DNA of 64,000 nucleotides from Spongiibacteraceae bacterium UBA5047 (lineage in GTDB: Bacteria; Pseudomonadota; Gammaproteobacteria; Pseudomonadales; Spongiibacteraceae), in contig DIBR01000014.1 in assembly GCA_002415025.1 (NCBI GenBank), positions 4,520 through 68,519 of the forward strand, written 5' to 3'. Shown in pieces: positions 1 through 9,988 of the stretch (its first letter is position 1; every line of letters begins with the position of its first letter). The translations under genes were made by a program, and so were the position numbers. The notes beneath the pieces were generated by a model. It saw only the letters and a program-made list of their open reading frames with translations. It was not told the origin of the DNA and did no database searches.

Positions 1-2289
1 TTGCTGCGCCTGCGGATTGTTCGGCTCATGAGCCAACCACTGCATAATTGTGTTCCGCGCACGCTCCTGCTTTCCGTACTTCAGGCTGTAGCGCACCAGC
101 AGGTCAGCCGCGCGTGAAGCCAGAGGATTGCGCCGGTAATACGCTGCGAGCGCAGCCATCGCCTCCTCGGGTTGCCCGGTACTCTCCAGAGCGATTGCAT
201 AAGTCGTCGCGTAGCTCTCAACGGCAGGCTCCTTGCTGTGGGCTTTCTGCAAAGCCGCCAGTGCTGCCGGGTAGTCGCCGGCGCGCGCCCAATAGAGGCC
301 ATAGCGATAGTGTAGCTCGGCGAGTTCTCCCCCGTTCGCGGTGGTATGCGCAATCTCCATCGCGGCGTCCAGCCAATCTTTCTCTGAGCGTCCGGGCGCA
401 GTGCCAGTCTGGCCGGCGCCGCGTGCCAGCTCTGCCAACTGAAGGTAGGGATAAATAAAATCACGATCCAGAGCTATCGCCTGCCGGTAAGCGGTTTCAG
501 CCTGCTCGCGCTTGTTCTGCGCCGCATAAAAATTGCCGAGATTGCTGGTCAGCGTCGGGCTGTCCAGATTGGACTGCAGATAGCTTTCGTAGCGGTCGAG
601 CAAGCCGGCTAGCGCAGCTCGACTTTCTGGCGGCAGGGGCAGCGAAATCGCCTGGGCCAATGTTGCAGCGGTTTCAAAGCGTACGGCTCGCACCGGGTCG
701 TCAATCAAGGGAGATAGCGAAGTCCAGCGCTGTTCTAATGGTATAGCAGCCAGACTTCGCATTGCGGCCAAACGTACCATCGGGTCGGCATGGCGCAATT
801 TGTTGTCGACAATAGCGCGTAAACCGGCATCAGCATTCGCGTTAATCGCCACTAAAATAGCCGCCTGCCTGATGGGCGAGAACGCTTCTCCATCAAGCCG
901 GTAGCGCAACGAATTGCCCGGCACACCAATCGCTGCTTCGGCAAATATCCGGGTTAATGCAGTGGACGACACACGCTCACCACTCTTTTCGCCAAAGGAA
1001 CCGCCAAATGAATCGATGGCAGAGGCGAGCTCTTCCGCTGCTGCGTCTTCGTGGCAATCACTGCAGGGGTCGGGACTACCCAGCGCGGCGCTGAGAACCG
1101 GATCAGGAATGCCGAATCGATGATCCCGGCGTGGATCCACCCCCATATACACGGTTGCGGGCATATGGCAGTCAACGCAGCCCGCAGTCTGAGGCGAGTG
1201 GCCGTGATGATCAGGCCCTGAATACGCTTCCTTCATATGACACTGATTGCAGAGTGCGTCGCCTTCGGCGCGCAATTTCAGGGAATGGGGCTCGTGGCAG
1301 TTACTGCATACAACACCCGCCGCGTGCATGCGGCTCTGCATAAACGAACCGAGCACAAATACCTCATCGCGAATCTGGCCATCGGCAAAATACTGCGGCG
1401 AAGAAATCATTGCGGGCACACTGTGATCAAGCAAGGCTGTACCGGGGTGCCATTCACCAACCTGTTCGCGCCGCGTATGGCACTGGGCACAGGTTGAAAG
1501 CTGCTCACCCGTGGGCGGGTCTTTTCGCCGGGCAATCGCCTCATTCTCCAGCCAGCGCCACTGCCCCCGCTCCGCCAAAGACACAGGAAAACCGGCGTTT
1601 TTCTGCTCTTCTGGCTGTTCCGTTTGCAGCCAGCGCAGGTGCGCGTCGGCGCCGCCATGACAACTCACGCAGGCAACGTTGATCTCATCCCATTGTGTAT
1701 TAAAACGTTGGGTAGCGACCTCGTAGTTCTTCTGTAAGGCCGTTGAATGGCAGTCGGCACAGGAGGTATTCCAGGTAAAGCCGGGATGGTCCCAGTTGAG
1801 ATCAGACTCCAATGCATACCAGCGCTGGCCGCCTTCGGCTTTTGGCCTTGTATCCCAAACAACAGGTAGTGCCTGAAACTTGCCTTTGGGCAGTCGCGCC
1901 AAATATTGCTGCAAGGGTGTGTAGCCAAAGGTATAAGGAATATCGAAAATCTGTGGCGGCTTGTCGCTGCCCTGTTTTTGGATACTGACCCGAAAGTGCT
2001 CTCCCTGCTTTAGAAAGCGGAAGTCGTATTGGCCAAACGCAGTCGCGCTGCCATCAAACTGTGCGAGCACCGTTTGATCGGTGGCTTCCTGCATAGCTTT
2101 GGCGTGATGCGAGTGCTGCCATTGCGCGTACTGCTCCTGATGGCAAGCCGCGCACGACCGGGCGTCCGTTGCCGCCACCGCGGGACACAGCGGCACAAGA
2201 AGCAGCACTAGCCAGCGGCAAGCCGCGTACGTCCTGGCTGCAATCTTTCGTGTTTGTCGCCCGTGTGCAACGCCATCAATTACTTGCAA
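1..2289 (-). CDS. Exported octaheme c-type cytochrome with C-terminal helical (HEAT/TPR-like) repeats; runs off the window, start approximate
   Basis: Not in the ORF track because there is no stop inside the window. Manual translation of the minus frame gives a hydrophobic signal (RWLVLLLVPLCPAVAA) and eight in-frame CxxCH motifs: CAACH, CADCH, CVSCH, CAQCH, CSNCH, CNQCH, CVDCH (followed by MPATVYMGVDPRRDHRF) and CSDCH. Candidate TTG start at 2289 overlaps the sulfatase stop. Confidence 0.88.
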   Translation of the reverse strand, partial: MQVIDGVAHGRQTRKIAARTYAACRWLVLLLVPLCPAVAATDARSCAACHQEQYAQWQHSHHAKAMQEATDQTVLAQFDGSATAFGQYDFRFLKQGEHFRVSIQKQGSDKPPQIFDIPYTFGYTPLQQYLARLPKGKFQALPVVWDTRPKAEGGQRWYALESDLNWDHPGFTWNTSCADCHSTALQKNYEVATQRFNTQWDEINVACVSCHGGADAHLRWLQTEQPEEQKNAGFPVSLAERGQWRWLENEAIARRKDPPTGEQLSTCAQCHTRREQVGEWHPGTALLDHSVPAMISSPQYFADGQIRDEVFVLGSFMQSRMHAAGVVCSNCHEPHSLKLRAEGDALCNQCHMKEAYSGPDHHGHSPQTAGCVDCHMPATVYMGVDPRRDHRFGIPDPVLSAALGSPDPCSDCHEDAAAEELASAIDSFGGSFGEKSGERVSSTALTRIFAEAAIGVPGNSLRYRLDGEAFSPIRQAAILVAINANADAGLRAIVDNKLRHADPMVRLAAMRSLAAIPLEQRWTSLSPLIDDPVRAVRFETAATLAQAISLPLPPESRAALAGLLDRYESYLQSNLDSPTLTSNLGNFYAAQNKREQAETAYRQAIALDRDFIYPYLQLAELARGAGQTGTAPGRSEKDWLDAAMEIAHTTANGGELAELHYRYGLYWARAGDYPAALAALQKAHSKEPAVESYATTYAIALESTGQPEEAMAALAAYYRRNPLASRAADLLVRYSLKYGKQERARNTIMQWLAHEPNNPQAQQ

Positions 2290-3929
2290 AAACCACCGCC
2301 CAACCAAGCATAGGGCTCACAATCATATATCAAACGCCCCGCTTCGCCATGCTGCCAGTCGAGTGGCCTCAACGCGTGCTTTGGGGGCATACCGGGTGCA
2401 GGGGCGCTTTGCAGTCTATCGAGGGGAACCGGGTACTCGGCCCAATCCAGCGGTGCGCGCCAGCCAGGCGGCGGAACCAGCTCGGCGCGCGTACCGGTCA
2501 CCGGATACATTGTTCGCCATTGATGGATCGCGGCCGCCATTTCAGACACGACATCGGGCTGAGCTTCTGCCAGATTGTTGTATTCGTTGGGGTCGGCGTT
2601 GATATTGAACAGATAATTTGTCACCGTCGCCGACAGCAAACCCTGCTCAACTTCCTGAACCAGCTTCCACTCATCATTAAACGCTGTGAGATTAAAGCGC
2701 CCGCGAATAGGCGTTTCCGAGGCAAAAAATATCAAATCGTTTCGCTGCTGCGGCTTGCCGGAGACCACCGCAGGCCAAAGATTGCGGCCATCGAGCTTGC
2801 GCACGTTGCCGGGCTTTACGCCACTCGCCGCGGCAATGGTCGGAAATACATCCATTGCCGTCATAATTCCATCGTAACGCTGCCCCGCCTCTATCACCTC
2901 GGGCCAGCGCATAACCGACACTACACGAATACCGCCCTCAAACACCTCACCCTTGCCACCACGCAGGGGAACGTTATCGGCACCACCGGTTGCATAGGCC
3001 GCGCCGCCGTTGTCGCTGAAAAACAGCACGATGGTGTTATCGGCAATACCCTCCTCATCCAGTGTATCCAGCACCCGGCCGATCGCTTGATCCATCGCAT
3101 CAACCACCGCCGCATACATTGGGCGGGCACTGGGCTGCAGCATCAGTTTATTGATAAACCGGCTTTGATCCGTGTTGTGACTGCGCGCCTTTTTGCGCGT
3201 GTCTTTCAAGCCGGCATACTTTTCCTGCAAAGCCTTTGGCGCATCCAGGGGCGTATGCGGCGCGATAAACGGCATATACATAAAGAATGGCTGCGACTTG
3301 TTACGTGCTTTTATCCAGCGCGAGGCTTCATTTGCCAACACAAAGCTTTCGTAGGTTTCGCCCTCCAGCGCCTCGCTGTCCAGCGACCTGCCATTGACCT
3401 GAAAGTCGCGACCTCCCTGATTGGCAAAGGGCGGAAAGTAACCTACTTCGGTATGCAAATGACCATAAAAATGCTCAAAGCCACGTTCATTCGGATGGTA
3501 GGTTTGCTGCGCATGCCCCAAGTGCCATTTACCCACCATCGCCGTTTGATAGCCCGCTGCCTGAAAACTCTGCGGCATAAAGTGCTCGTCCGGGTGAATA
3601 CCAATGGTATGCCAGGGCATGATGACGCCATAGGCGACACCCAGGCGCATCGGGTCTCGCCCGGTCATCAGAGCCGCGCGCGTCGGGGAGCATATTGGCG
3701 TGGTGTAAAAGCGGTGGAGTTCGGTTCCTTCGCGGGCAAGCCGGTCCAGTGAGGGGGTATCAATCTCACCATCGTGAAAGCCAACATCCGCCCAACCCAG
3801 ATCATCGGCCACCATGATAATGACATTGGGGCGCTCACTGGCCCAGGCCCCTGCGGAAGCGGTTGCTGACAACAGCATGAACAAAGCCAGCCAGCCCGGG
3901 CTGGCTATCCGTTTTAATGCCCTTCTCAT
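2280..3929 (-). CDS. Cys-type arylsulfatase (family S1), exported
   Basis: PNVIIMVADDLG, CSPTRAALMTGR (formylglycine motif), GKWHLG, N-terminal signal peptide. Confidence 0.95.
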   Translation of the reverse strand: MRRALKRIASPGWLALFMLLSATASAGAWASERPNVIIMVADDLGWADVGFHDGEIDTPSLDRLAREGTELHRFYTTPICSPTRAALMTGRDPMRLGVAYGVIMPWHTIGIHPDEHFMPQSFQAAGYQTAMVGKWHLGHAQQTYHPNERGFEHFYGHLHTEVGYFPPFANQGGRDFQVNGRSLDSEALEGETYESFVLANEASRWIKARNKSQPFFMYMPFIAPHTPLDAPKALQEKYAGLKDTRKKARSHNTDQSRFINKLMLQPSARPMYAAVVDAMDQAIGRVLDTLDEEGIADNTIVLFFSDNGGAAYATGGADNVPLRGGKGEVFEGGIRVVSVMRWPEVIEAGQRYDGIMTAMDVFPTIAAASGVKPGNVRKLDGRNLWPAVVSGKPQQRNDLIFFASETPIRGRFNLTAFNDEWKLVQEVEQGLLSATVTNYLFNINADPNEYNNLAEAQPDVVSEMAAAIHQWRTMYPVTGTRAELVPPPGWRAPLDWAEYPVPLDRLQSAPAPGMPPKHALRPLDWQHGEAGRLIYDCEPYAWLGGGFCK

Positions 3930-4119
3930 TGAGCCCCCTTTCCGCTGGATAGTGTGTGCATCGGATGTCAGAATCCAACCAGTTTAATCCACTTGTTTTA
4001 AATCATGCAAGGCATTGCTTCCTGCCGGAAGACTTCAATGTTGACACCTTTGCCGGTTAAGCTCTCGCTACAACAGAGCCCGCTCTAATCACGATTTCTC
4101 TTAACCAGTTTGGTAGCCC

Positions 4120-4962
4120 ATGAGCACAGAAACATCAGATCCGGACGATCTTACCTTTGAACAGCGCGGCGCCGTCGCCGTTTTACGGCTAAACCGCCCC
4201 GCCGCCATGAATGCCTTTACCGGCACTATGGGTGAGGCATGGAACCGGGCCTACCAACGCTGCGATCAGGACGACAGTATCCGGGCGGTTGTCGTCACCG
4301 GCAACGGCAAGGCTTTTTGCGCCGGCGCTGATATGAGCGGTGGCGGCGACACCTTTGATTCTCCCGACGCAAAAATTCCTTTCAGCTCCAGCCCGGTGAC
4401 ACCGGCATGGCAACTGCGCAAACCTGTAATTGCCGCGATGAATGGGCACGCCATTGGGCTAGGCTTTAGTCTGGGATTGCAGTGTGACTTCCGGATCGCC
4501 GCCAACGAAGGTAAATATGGGCTCGTGCAAGTACGTCGCGGCGTCATGTCTGATGGCTGTTCACACTGGCTGCTCCCCAGATTGGTGGGAATGGAACGCG
4601 CGTTGGAAATTCTGCTTCTTGGCCGCACGATGAGCGGTGCAGAACTGGTAGAGAAGGGATTGGCCATGAAATCGCTACCCGCCGCCGACGTGTTCGATGC
4701 GGCAATGGCACTGGCCGAAGAAATCAGCCTGCATAGCGCCCCGCTCGTAACCGCAATGGCAAAACGGCTCGCCTGGGATTCGGCAGATATGTCTGTCGAC
4801 GAAATGGACCAGCGCGAAACAGCGTGGCTACTTCATACCATGGGCATGCCCGACGCGATCGAAGGCGGCACAGCCTTTTTCGAAAAACGCCCGCCTCAAT
4901 GGACCGGAAGTGTTAGCCGGCACTGGCCCGGAAAGCCGAAGGTTAAACATTCAGAACAGTAG
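4120..4962 (+). CDS. Enoyl-CoA hydratase/isomerase (crotonase) family
   Basis: LNRPAAMNA, AFCAGAD, KPVIAAMNGHAIGLG, FFEKRPP. Confidence 0.93.
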   Translation: MSTETSDPDDLTFEQRGAVAVLRLNRPAAMNAFTGTMGEAWNRAYQRCDQDDSIRAVVVTGNGKAFCAGADMSGGGDTFDSPDAKIPFSSSPVTPAWQLRKPVIAAMNGHAIGLGFSLGLQCDFRIAANEGKYGLVQVRRGVMSDGCSHWLLPRLVGMERALEILLLGRTMSGAELVEKGLAMKSLPAADVFDAAMALAEEISLHSAPLVTAMAKRLAWDSADMSVDEMDQRETAWLLHTMGMPDAIEGGTAFFEKRPPQWTGSVSRHWPGKPKVKHSEQ

Positions 4963-5182
4963 CACCGCCTGAATCTGAGCGGTCCTCTTTTACCTTCCCA
5001 GATTACACCAAGGGCGATTGCGTAAACTTGCAGCGCTTCGGGCTGTACGACATTTTGTACCTGAATACTGTACATGCCTAAGGGTTACTACCTAACAACC
5101 TGATATAGCCGAACACTTCACAAAACGAAAAGACAATTTTCGCTACCCTCCGCCGCGCTATAAAAATACCGATGGAGACTCC

Positions 5183-7678
5183 ATGAAATATCCGGCTTTT
5201 CGCTTCGCCCTACCGCTGGCGGCTCTGCTCGCGCCTCAAATCCAGGCCGCCGTACTTGAAGAGGTGGTTGTTACCGCCCAACTCCGATCACAAAGCCTTG
5301 CCGATGTTCCTGTATCGGTCAGCGCTGTTTCCGGCGACAAGATTTTTGAAGCCGGCATTGCGAAAGCTGAAGACCTGTCTGCCTACGTACCCAATCTCAC
5401 GATTCAGGAAGTAGGCCTTGGCACTTCTATTTATATACGCGGCATCGGCTCTGGAGAAAACCAGGGCTTCGAACAGTCCGTTGGCACTTATATTGACGGC
5501 ATCTACTACGGAAGAGCACAGTTGGCGCGCGCCCCCTTTCTCGATCTGGCACAGGTGGAAGTGTTGCGCGGCCCGCAGAACATCCTTTACGGGAAAAACA
5601 GCATTGGCGGCGCCATCAGCATCCGCACAGCAGACCCGACGCAGGAATTTATGGGCAAGGCCGCCGTCACCATCGAGCCCCGGTATAACGAGCACAGCGG
5701 TGATTTGATGCTATCGGGGCCGGTAACGGATGAGTGGGCGCTGCGTTTTGCGGTTCGCGCCCGGCAAACCGATGGCTATATGACTAACCAGATCACCGGC
5801 GAACCCGAGCCGCAGCGCGACGAGTACACCGTACGCTTGAAAAGCCTTTGGGACGTTTCAGACTCCTCAACCCTGAAACTGAAACTCGAGCATGGCAGCT
5901 TTGACGTGGTGGGCCGCCAAACCGAAGTCATCACCGATTCGCCCTCGGTATCAACGGTGCCGTTTTTCACAGGCCGTACCTACGGTGAAATTATGGCCGA
6001 CACCAACTTTTTTGTGCCCGGCACCCTGCTGACACCGGAGCTGGGGTTATTCCTGAATGAGCACCCGTCGGTACTCGATTCTGAAGGCGACTACCGCTCC
6101 TCGCGGCAAAAAGACACCAGTGAAAACAACACCTACAACATCACCGTAGAATACGACTGGTACGTGGGTGAGCAGAACTTCACGTCCATAACCGGCTACC
6201 TGCAATACGACTACACCGAAGAATGTGATTGCGACTATTCCGGCGTGCGTCTGTTTCAACTCGATCTTGAAGAAGACTACTCGCAATTCAGCCAAGAACT
6301 ACGCTGGATATCACCCGTTGGTGATACCTGGGAATTTATCGGCGGTGCGTACGTGCAATACAGCGACCTCGACTTTTTTGACTCCATCAAAGTCGATTCG
6401 CCGGTACTGCCCCGTCTTATCAATGCCGCCGATCTGCTAGAAGGCGGCGCACGCGGCGACATCGACCCCGACCTCACCGCAGGCTTGGGAACCACCTCGT
6501 TCTTTGGTATCGGCGACGCAGGCAATGCGCTTGCAGGCATTCGCTCACCGCGCTTCTTTGACTCAGAGTCCATCGTTGCTTCCGTGTTTCTGCAAGGTGC
6601 TTGGAATATTTCCGAAACGCTGCGCCTGACTCTGGGCGGCCGCTTTACCTATGAGAACAAAACCGGTGCGCGTGACCTGAATTTTGCCTTCGCAGACGGC
6701 AGCATTCAGCCCATCAGCGAGGTCGACTCGGCCGCAGCCATCAGTTTTGCCGCAGAGCGGCACGACCTTAAGGGCGAGCGATCAGAAAACAATTTCTCCC
6801 CTTTGGTTAACTTGCAGTGGTACGCCACCGATCAAGTGATGCTCTACGGCAACCTGAGCCGTGGCGCCAAGGCCGGCGGCTACGATGCGCGGTCTAACTC
6901 GTCTCCCGACCCAACGCCCACGCCCGCCAACCCTCTGGCCCTGAACCCTAACCGCGTGTCATTAATTGGCTCCTTTGAATACGAGCCGGAAACCGCTACC
7001 AGCGCGGAACTGGGCAGTAAAATGAGTTTGTTTGACGGCGCTGGCGAGCTGAATCTAGCGTTGTTCTACACTGAATTTGACGACCTGCAGGTGTCGGTAT
7101 TCGACGGCACGCTGGGCTTCAATGTTGGTAATGCTGCAAGCGCGATTTCACAGGGTCTGGAAATTGACGGGCGCCTGGCCTTGAGCGAGCACTGGTTAAT
7201 TGGCGGCGGCGCGTCACTGATGTCATTCAAATACGAAGACCATCTGGCCGGAACGTGTGTGCAGGGGCAGACGCCCAACGCGCCCAACGGGATTAACTGC
7301 GACTACACCGGCAAGACAGGGCAATACGTAGCCGATTACTCCGGCAACCTGCTGATCGGTTACGAGCGCGCGCTGTTTGACTCACTGTTACTGCGCGCAA
7401 ATCTGGATGTTATTTTCACGGACGACTACAACCCGTCCCCAAATCTGGACGAGCGCGTTGCACAACCCGCCTATCAACAGTTTAATGCCAGGATTGCGCT
7501 ATCGGACATCTACCAGACGTGGGAAGTAGCGATCGCCGGTAAAAACCTGAGTGACGAACAAGTGTACGTCTACACGCAAGACCTGCCTTCTGCCTACACC
7601 ATTGCGGAAACTGCAACACACTTTGGTTTTCAGGCAGCGCGCCGTACCGTGAGCCTGCAGTTGACTTACAACTGGTAG
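5183..7678 (+). CDS. TonB-dependent receptor
   Basis: Signal peptide, TonB box LEEVVVTAQ, plug motif VEVLRGPQ..LYGKN..GGAI, C-terminal aromatic residue (TYNW). Confidence 0.95.
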   Translation: MKYPAFRFALPLAALLAPQIQAAVLEEVVVTAQLRSQSLADVPVSVSAVSGDKIFEAGIAKAEDLSAYVPNLTIQEVGLGTSIYIRGIGSGENQGFEQSVGTYIDGIYYGRAQLARAPFLDLAQVEVLRGPQNILYGKNSIGGAISIRTADPTQEFMGKAAVTIEPRYNEHSGDLMLSGPVTDEWALRFAVRARQTDGYMTNQITGEPEPQRDEYTVRLKSLWDVSDSSTLKLKLEHGSFDVVGRQTEVITDSPSVSTVPFFTGRTYGEIMADTNFFVPGTLLTPELGLFLNEHPSVLDSEGDYRSSRQKDTSENNTYNITVEYDWYVGEQNFTSITGYLQYDYTEECDCDYSGVRLFQLDLEEDYSQFSQELRWISPVGDTWEFIGGAYVQYSDLDFFDSIKVDSPVLPRLINAADLLEGGARGDIDPDLTAGLGTTSFFGIGDAGNALAGIRSPRFFDSESIVASVFLQGAWNISETLRLTLGGRFTYENKTGARDLNFAFADGSIQPISEVDSAAAISFAAERHDLKGERSENNFSPLVNLQWYATDQVMLYGNLSRGAKAGGYDARSNSSPDPTPTPANPLALNPNRVSLIGSFEYEPETATSAELGSKMSLFDGAGELNLALFYTEFDDLQVSVFDGTLGFNVGNAASAISQGLEIDGRLALSEHWLIGGGASLMSFKYEDHLAGTCVQGQTPNAPNGINCDYTGKTGQYVADYSGNLLIGYERALFDSLLLRANLDVIFTDDYNPSPNLDERVAQPAYQQFNARIALSDIYQTWEVAIAGKNLSDEQVYVYTQDLPSAYTIAETATHFGFQAARRTVSLQLTYNW

Positions 7679-7726
7679 AGCAAATGTAACTCCGCTTGAA
7701 CATTCGCCTGCAGCCTTATTCTTGCT

Positions 7727-7798
7727 GTAGGCACGTATAAGCGCAGCGTTGCGGGCATCGATAATCGTGCCTGATACGCTGCGCTTAATCAGGCCTAC
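7727..7798. repeat. GTAG-type REP inverted pair (copy 1)
   Basis: GTAGG..TAAGCGCAGCG...CGCTGCGCTTA..CCTAC. Confidence 0.75.
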
Positions 7799-7980
7799 TT
7801 GAATTCTGTGGGAGACGAATAATCATCTGACAACGGTCTAGCAAAGACTACTCACCGGCATAAAAAACGGCATCGTCTATATTCACAATACCGCCGCCGC
7901 ACGGTGAGCCTGCAGTTGACCTACAACTGGTAAAGCAATTCAGGGCCGTTAGCACATTCGCCTGCAGCCTTATTTTTGTT

Positions 7981-8052
7981 GTAGGCCCGTATAAGCGCAG
8001 CGTTGCGGGCATCGATAATCGTGCCTGATACGCTGCGTTTAATCAGGCCTAC
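7981..8052. repeat. GTAG-type REP inverted pair (copy 2)
   Basis: Duplicate of 7727-7798. Confidence 0.75.
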
Positions 8053-8100
8053 TGGATTCTGTGGGAGACGACTAATCGCCTGGCAATGGCCTACCAGAGG

Positions 8101-8583
8101 CTATTCAGCAGCATAAAAAACTGCATCGTCGACATTTACAAGCCCGCCGCTACACACCCTCGCCGTAATACCGCCGTGCCCTCTCATTGCGTTGTAACCG
8201 CCAGCCCCCAACAAGCGTTCCATCTTGCTACAAGGGTGAGCCAAACCACTGTATTCCAACAGCACATTACCGATACGAAATTGCTTACCTTTCAGCGCGA
8301 GCAAATTGATTCCGGCTACAACAATATTACGGCGCAACAGCGCCGGCTCAACACGCTCCAAGCCCAGACAAGAGGCAATCACAGCCAAATGCTCGTACTG
8401 GATAAGCGTAACCTGGCGCGCACTGCCGGGGCGACCTTTAAATCGATCACCCACAATACCCTGATCAGTTTTAAGCTGAACAGAAGCCGCCGCAATCATT
8501 GGTTCATCGCGCGCCGGTCTGACGCCGATCCATTGCACGCGCCCCTGCTGCGGCAGTGTATTGAGCAGCGCGTCGAGCGTCAT
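8101..8583 (-). CDS. MOSC domain protein
   Basis: GIVGDR, RQVTLI, LRRNIVV, HPCSKM, GGITARV; start taken at MTLDALL. Confidence 0.9.
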   Translation of the reverse strand: MTLDALLNTLPQQGRVQWIGVRPARDEPMIAAASVQLKTDQGIVGDRFKGRPGSARQVTLIQYEHLAVIASCLGLERVEPALLRRNIVVAGINLLALKGKQFRIGNVLLEYSGLAHPCSKMERLLGAGGYNAMRGHGGITARVCSGGLVNVDDAVFYAAE

Positions 8584-8610
8584 CTGAATCCGGCCATACA
8601 ACGGGGGTGA

Positions 8611-9483
8611 TCAGGAATTAACTGAAGAATGCTTTGCATGAGTGTCATACCAGCCCGGCAAGGGCGTGCGCAAAACGCGCTGCAGTGCATTGACAAGCTT
8701 TCGGGTAACTACATTCTTCCGCAGTAGTGCATAGTCACCAAAAAGCTGGTAGCGGAGGAATATTGATCGGTAAATTTTGATGATTTTATTAACGTTCACC
8801 CAACTTGAAGGAAGTTCCTCACCAAACAAACCACTGGCGCCCTCCTCAAATCGATAGCCGGTGTAGCGACCTTCACGCGCAGGCTGAGGTTCCTTCTGCC
8901 GTGCAATACCGCTTTGTTGAACGGCTTTGAAGTCGCCATAGCCTAGCGTCGACAGTAACTCCAATTCGCGAAGCAACTTGGCAAAGCACACTTTCTCCGA
9001 CTCGATAGACACGTAATCCGGTTTGGTCTCAAAATTCACCAGAGTTTCAAGGCAGACCAGATCCATGCCTTCGATATCTATCTTCAGATAATAAGGCACG
9101 CCGAACTCTTTCAGGCAAGCAGCAAAATCTACAGTAGCAACGTCAATAATGTCGTTGCTTGTACCGAGCAACTCGTTGCGGTGTGCCCAACCATCGGCCA
9201 CCGTACCCCAGACACTGACATCAGTATTTTTATAGAACCGGACCGTTTTCTCACCGCCATCCAGAACTCCACGATCGACAATGGCACCTTCGACCACGAC
9301 TAACTTCCCGCGATCTATTTCAGCGGAAAAGCGGCTTCTGCAATGCTCGGCCAAATCCGGGTCGGCTTCAAAGCCGACAACCCGGAAACCCTTTTTCAGG
9401 TAGAAGTCAGTGTCCTCTCCCCGGTGCATTCCAACATCGTAAACCAGATCACTGCATTTATTGAGGGGGATAAATTCTCTCAC
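8611..9483 (-). CDS. FkbM family SAM-dependent methyltransferase
   Basis: VYDVGMHRG, VVGFEADP, YLKIDIEG. Confidence 0.85.
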   Translation of the reverse strand: MREFIPLNKCSDLVYDVGMHRGEDTDFYLKKGFRVVGFEADPDLAEHCRSRFSAEIDRGKLVVVEGAIVDRGVLDGGEKTVRFYKNTDVSVWGTVADGWAHRNELLGTSNDIIDVATVDFAACLKEFGVPYYLKIDIEGMDLVCLETLVNFETKPDYVSIESEKVCFAKLLRELELLSTLGYGDFKAVQQSGIARQKEPQPAREGRYTGYRFEEGASGLFGEELPSSWVNVNKIIKIYRSIFLRYQLFGDYALLRKNVVTRKLVNALQRVLRTPLPGWYDTHAKHSSVNS

Positions 9484-9592
9484 TTAATCTCGTGGCCGTA
9501 CTCTACCAATCACCTGTCGCGCACTTTTTACCAGCAGTCACTGTCTGCTACATTCTGCGCGCGCATTCCGAAAATTTTTGATCTTACAAACG

Positions 9593-9988
9593 CTACTCTG
9601 CGCCTTCATTATAAGTCGTAACGCCTTGCGGAATCACCTCCCACGCCGCTTTGGAAGCCACATATATGTGGTACCCGATCTCAACATTCGGGTTACCATT
9701 GAGGCAGCCCAACGTTACACCATGTACCGCGCCGTTGTGCGTGCCGCACAACGTCGACCCGCACAGGCTACAGAACTGTAACCCGAACCCCGGATGTGTC
9801 TCGTAGCTACTCAGCAAATGCTCTCCCTGCGACCAGGTAAATTGACCTGCCTCTACCAAAGCGTATGACGAGGCTTGAGAACTAAACGCTTTTCTGCAAC
9901 GGGAACAATGACATGACCTGGCATCTTTCACCGTACCTTCAATTCGGTATTGAATTTCGCCGCAGAAGCATTCACCGGTCAATGCCAT
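9593..9988 (-). CDS. GFA/CENP-V family Zn-binding protein
   Basis: GECFCG, CHCSRCRK, FCSLCGS, HIYVASKA.W. Confidence 0.92.
   Translation of the reverse strand: MALTGECFCGEIQYRIEGTVKDARSCHCSRCRKAFSSQASSYALVEAGQFTWSQGEHLLSSYETHPGFGLQFCSLCGSTLCGTHNGAVHGVTLGCLNGNPNVEIGYHIYVASKAAWEVIPQGVTTYNEGAE

Larger units (their letters stand above)
7640..8155. repeat. Diverged tandem duplication, period about 255 bp, containing the 3' ends of both convergent genes and the intergenic REP
   Basis: 7640-7894 aligns to 7895-8155. GAGCCTGCAGTTGAC(T/C)TACAACTGGTA occurs at 7651 and 7906, and GCATAAAAAAC(G/T)GCATCGTC occurs in both copies. Confidence 0.95.

Noticed and set aside
48-2211. Numerous short ORFs in the first 2.2 kb
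   Set aside because: Explained by the octaheme cytochrome frame that runs off the window edge.
2169-3752. 527-aa plus-strand ORF
   Set aside because: Antisense shadow of the sulfatase with no motifs; such shadows are common opposite GC3-rich genes.
7640-8155. Possible CRISPR array, DGR template/variable repeat pair, or prophage att duplication
   Set aside because: Only two long units and no spacers or cas genes. Differences are synonymous rather than adenine-specific. No reverse transcriptase or integrase is present, and nothing lies between the copies.
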